Part shown: piece after piece, positions 62,247-64,000 of the stretch
How positions within the stretch are numbered: the stretch's first letter is position 1
Layout: each line of letters starts with the position of its first letter
Assembly: GCA_002633005.1 (NCBI GenBank)
Contig: NMRA01000094.1
Location: 460,597 to 524,596 of the forward strand
Reading direction: 5' to 3'
Length of the DNA stretch: 64,000 nucleotides
Source: Phoronis australis
Taxonomy: Eukaryota; Animalia; Phoronida
Notes under the pieces: model-generated
Told to the model about the DNA's origin: nothing
Database searches by the model: none
Seen by the model: the letters and a program-made list of their open reading frames with translations, nothing else
Program-made: the position numbers and the translations under genes

Positions 62247-64000
62247 GTCATCACACTCCCCCGTCCTGAGGATAACCTATGGATTGTGACAGACGCCTCT
62301 GGCAAGCACCCAGGGATAGCAGCCAGCCTATATGTTACGAGGGAAGAAAAACCCAAGATCGCTTCCTTCTTCAGTGCCAAGCTTTTTGTAGTATTTTGGC
62401 TTCCCTGTGAGGTTGAAGCATTGGCAATTGCAGTGGGCTTGAAGCACTTCAGTCCATACCTCATCCAGTCCCAGCATCGTGCTACGGTCCTCACTGACAG
62501 TAAGCCGTGTGTACAGGCCTTTAATCGCTTATGTAGAGGTGAATTTTCTTTGAGTCCTCGAGTATCTACATTTTTGTCAGTTTTATCTTGGTTCCAAGCT
62601 ACTGTTCGCCATGTTTCAGGTGCCTCGAACATTGTATCAGAGTTTGCAAGCCAACATAGTATTGAGTGTTCAGACATGGCGTGCCAGGTATGCTCCTTCG
62701 AGGCCTCTACCGAAGATTGTGTGGTCTTTCGTTCATCCACAGACGACATCTTATCGGGTGTGTCGAGGCTTCCGTTGACTATCCGCTCTGCTTGGCATAG
62801 TGTCCAAACTGAGTGCTCGAACCTTCGTCGTACTCATGCTCATCTCACTCAGGGTACGCGTCCCAGTAGGACGCTGATTGATTTTCGAGATGTAAAGCGT
62901 TACCTAAACATTGTCAAGGACGCTAGTGATGGTTCACTAATTGTCCATAGAAATGCACTCCTCGCTCCTATTCGCAAATGCATAGTTGTTCCATGTTCTG
63001 TCTTAGACGGTCTACTCATGGCTTTTCACCTCCGCTTGGATCATCCCAATCAGCTGAAGCTAGTTACCCAAAGTTACTTCTACGCTCTCGACTTGGACTC
63101 CGCCATTGACAGATGTTCAAAACCTTGCCACCAGTGTTGATCCCTTCAGACATTCCCCAAGACGTTGATCACTTAAGATTCTTCTGACCTTCTCCGACTG
63201 TCAGTCTATCTTTCGCTGCAGATGTCATGAAACGTGATCGCCAATTGATCCTCGTTCTGCGGGAATGTGCGTCCTCCTACACTGTCGCACGCATTGTCGA
63301 AAGTGCACGCCGTAACAACTTGAAAAATCGTCTTCTTCAAATGTGCATAGAACTGTGTCCTTTGGATGGCCTCCATAAGTTATCCGTACGGATCAGGCTC
63401 CCGGCTTCAGTGCTTTGAAGGACGATGATCTCCTCAAACGACACATGGTTACTATTGAACTTGGCCGTGTTAAGAATCCAAATCACAACCCAGTCGCTGA
63501 AAAGGCTATTGAAGAGCTTTCCAATGAGTTACTACGTAAACACATGGTCCATGGCAAGGTAACGTCTTTGCAGCTTTCACTTGCAGTTACCCGACTTAAG
63601 AGTCGGCTACGTTTAAGAGGATTATCTGTCCGAAAAATGCTATTCCAACAAGACCAATTTACCTGCGAACAAATTCCCGTCACAGTCCTCACCCTGATCG
63701 AGGCACAACGACTCCAACGTGAAAGGAACCATGAACCCAGCTCGAGATCTATGGCTCCTGTGGCTAAACTCCCTCCTACGTGCAACGCTACAGCTGGAGA
63801 TTTAGTTTATCTCTATGGTGATCACGATAAGATTCGCTTCCGTCCTCGCTATCTCGTGGTAAGTCGCGACAGCTCTTGGCTCAACATTCAGAAATTTATT
63901 AGCAACCAACTTCGTTCAACATCCTATCGTGTTAAGCATACGGAGTGCTACAAAGTCCCTCATGAGATGGTCCTCATCACGTTCCCCGGGGCTTCCTCTT

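Larger units (their letters stand above)
53417..64000 (+). mobile_element. Decayed divergent Gypsy-like LTR retrotransposon (outer element of the nest; runs off window end)
   Basis: Putative 5' LTR ~53417..53570 (boundary uncertain). PBS-like TGGTGGCAG at 53577 (tRNA-Leu-like). gag from ATG 53599 (MARAPKQWCLTK). RT: [43 protein letters not shown]. RNase H: WIVTDAS, WLPCEVEALAI, TDSKP. Integrase: H..H..CHQC, AADV, RTDQAPGF, NPVAEKAIEEL. Order RT-RH-INT. Confidence 0.9.

Noticed and set aside
58407-63140. Long ORFs 58407..59153 and 62226..63140 as host genes
   Set aside because: They are integrase and RNase H/integrase fragments of the decayed LTR elements; the start of the second lies within the solo LTR.

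Overview
AT-rich, repeat-dense animal genomic DNA. The repeat and transposon types suggest a marine invertebrate, but the species cannot be called from sequence alone. One spliced host gene can be rebuilt from splice sites and phases: a synaptotagmin-family gene (+ strand, 6 coding exons, 30338..48344, 432 aa; N-terminal TM, C2A, C2B). There is also one intact, intronless and atypically compact protein-kinase ORF (51756..52568, - strand). The rest is mobile-element debris and tandem repeats: a decayed RTE-X-like LINE, a candidate Crypton-like tyrosine-recombinase relic inside long inverted repeats, a Penelope-like palindrome with a degenerate hammerhead motif, several TIR/MITE families and a Helentron/DINE-1-type element with two 3' ends. 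From about 53.4 kb to the window end lies a nested stack. A divergent Gypsy-like element is split by a solo LTR and by a Harbinger-like TIR element, which itself holds a short-LTR Mag-like Gypsy and a MITE. No CRISPR array, rRNA or functional tRNA is seen. All family assignments are by eye from motifs; no database searches were run.
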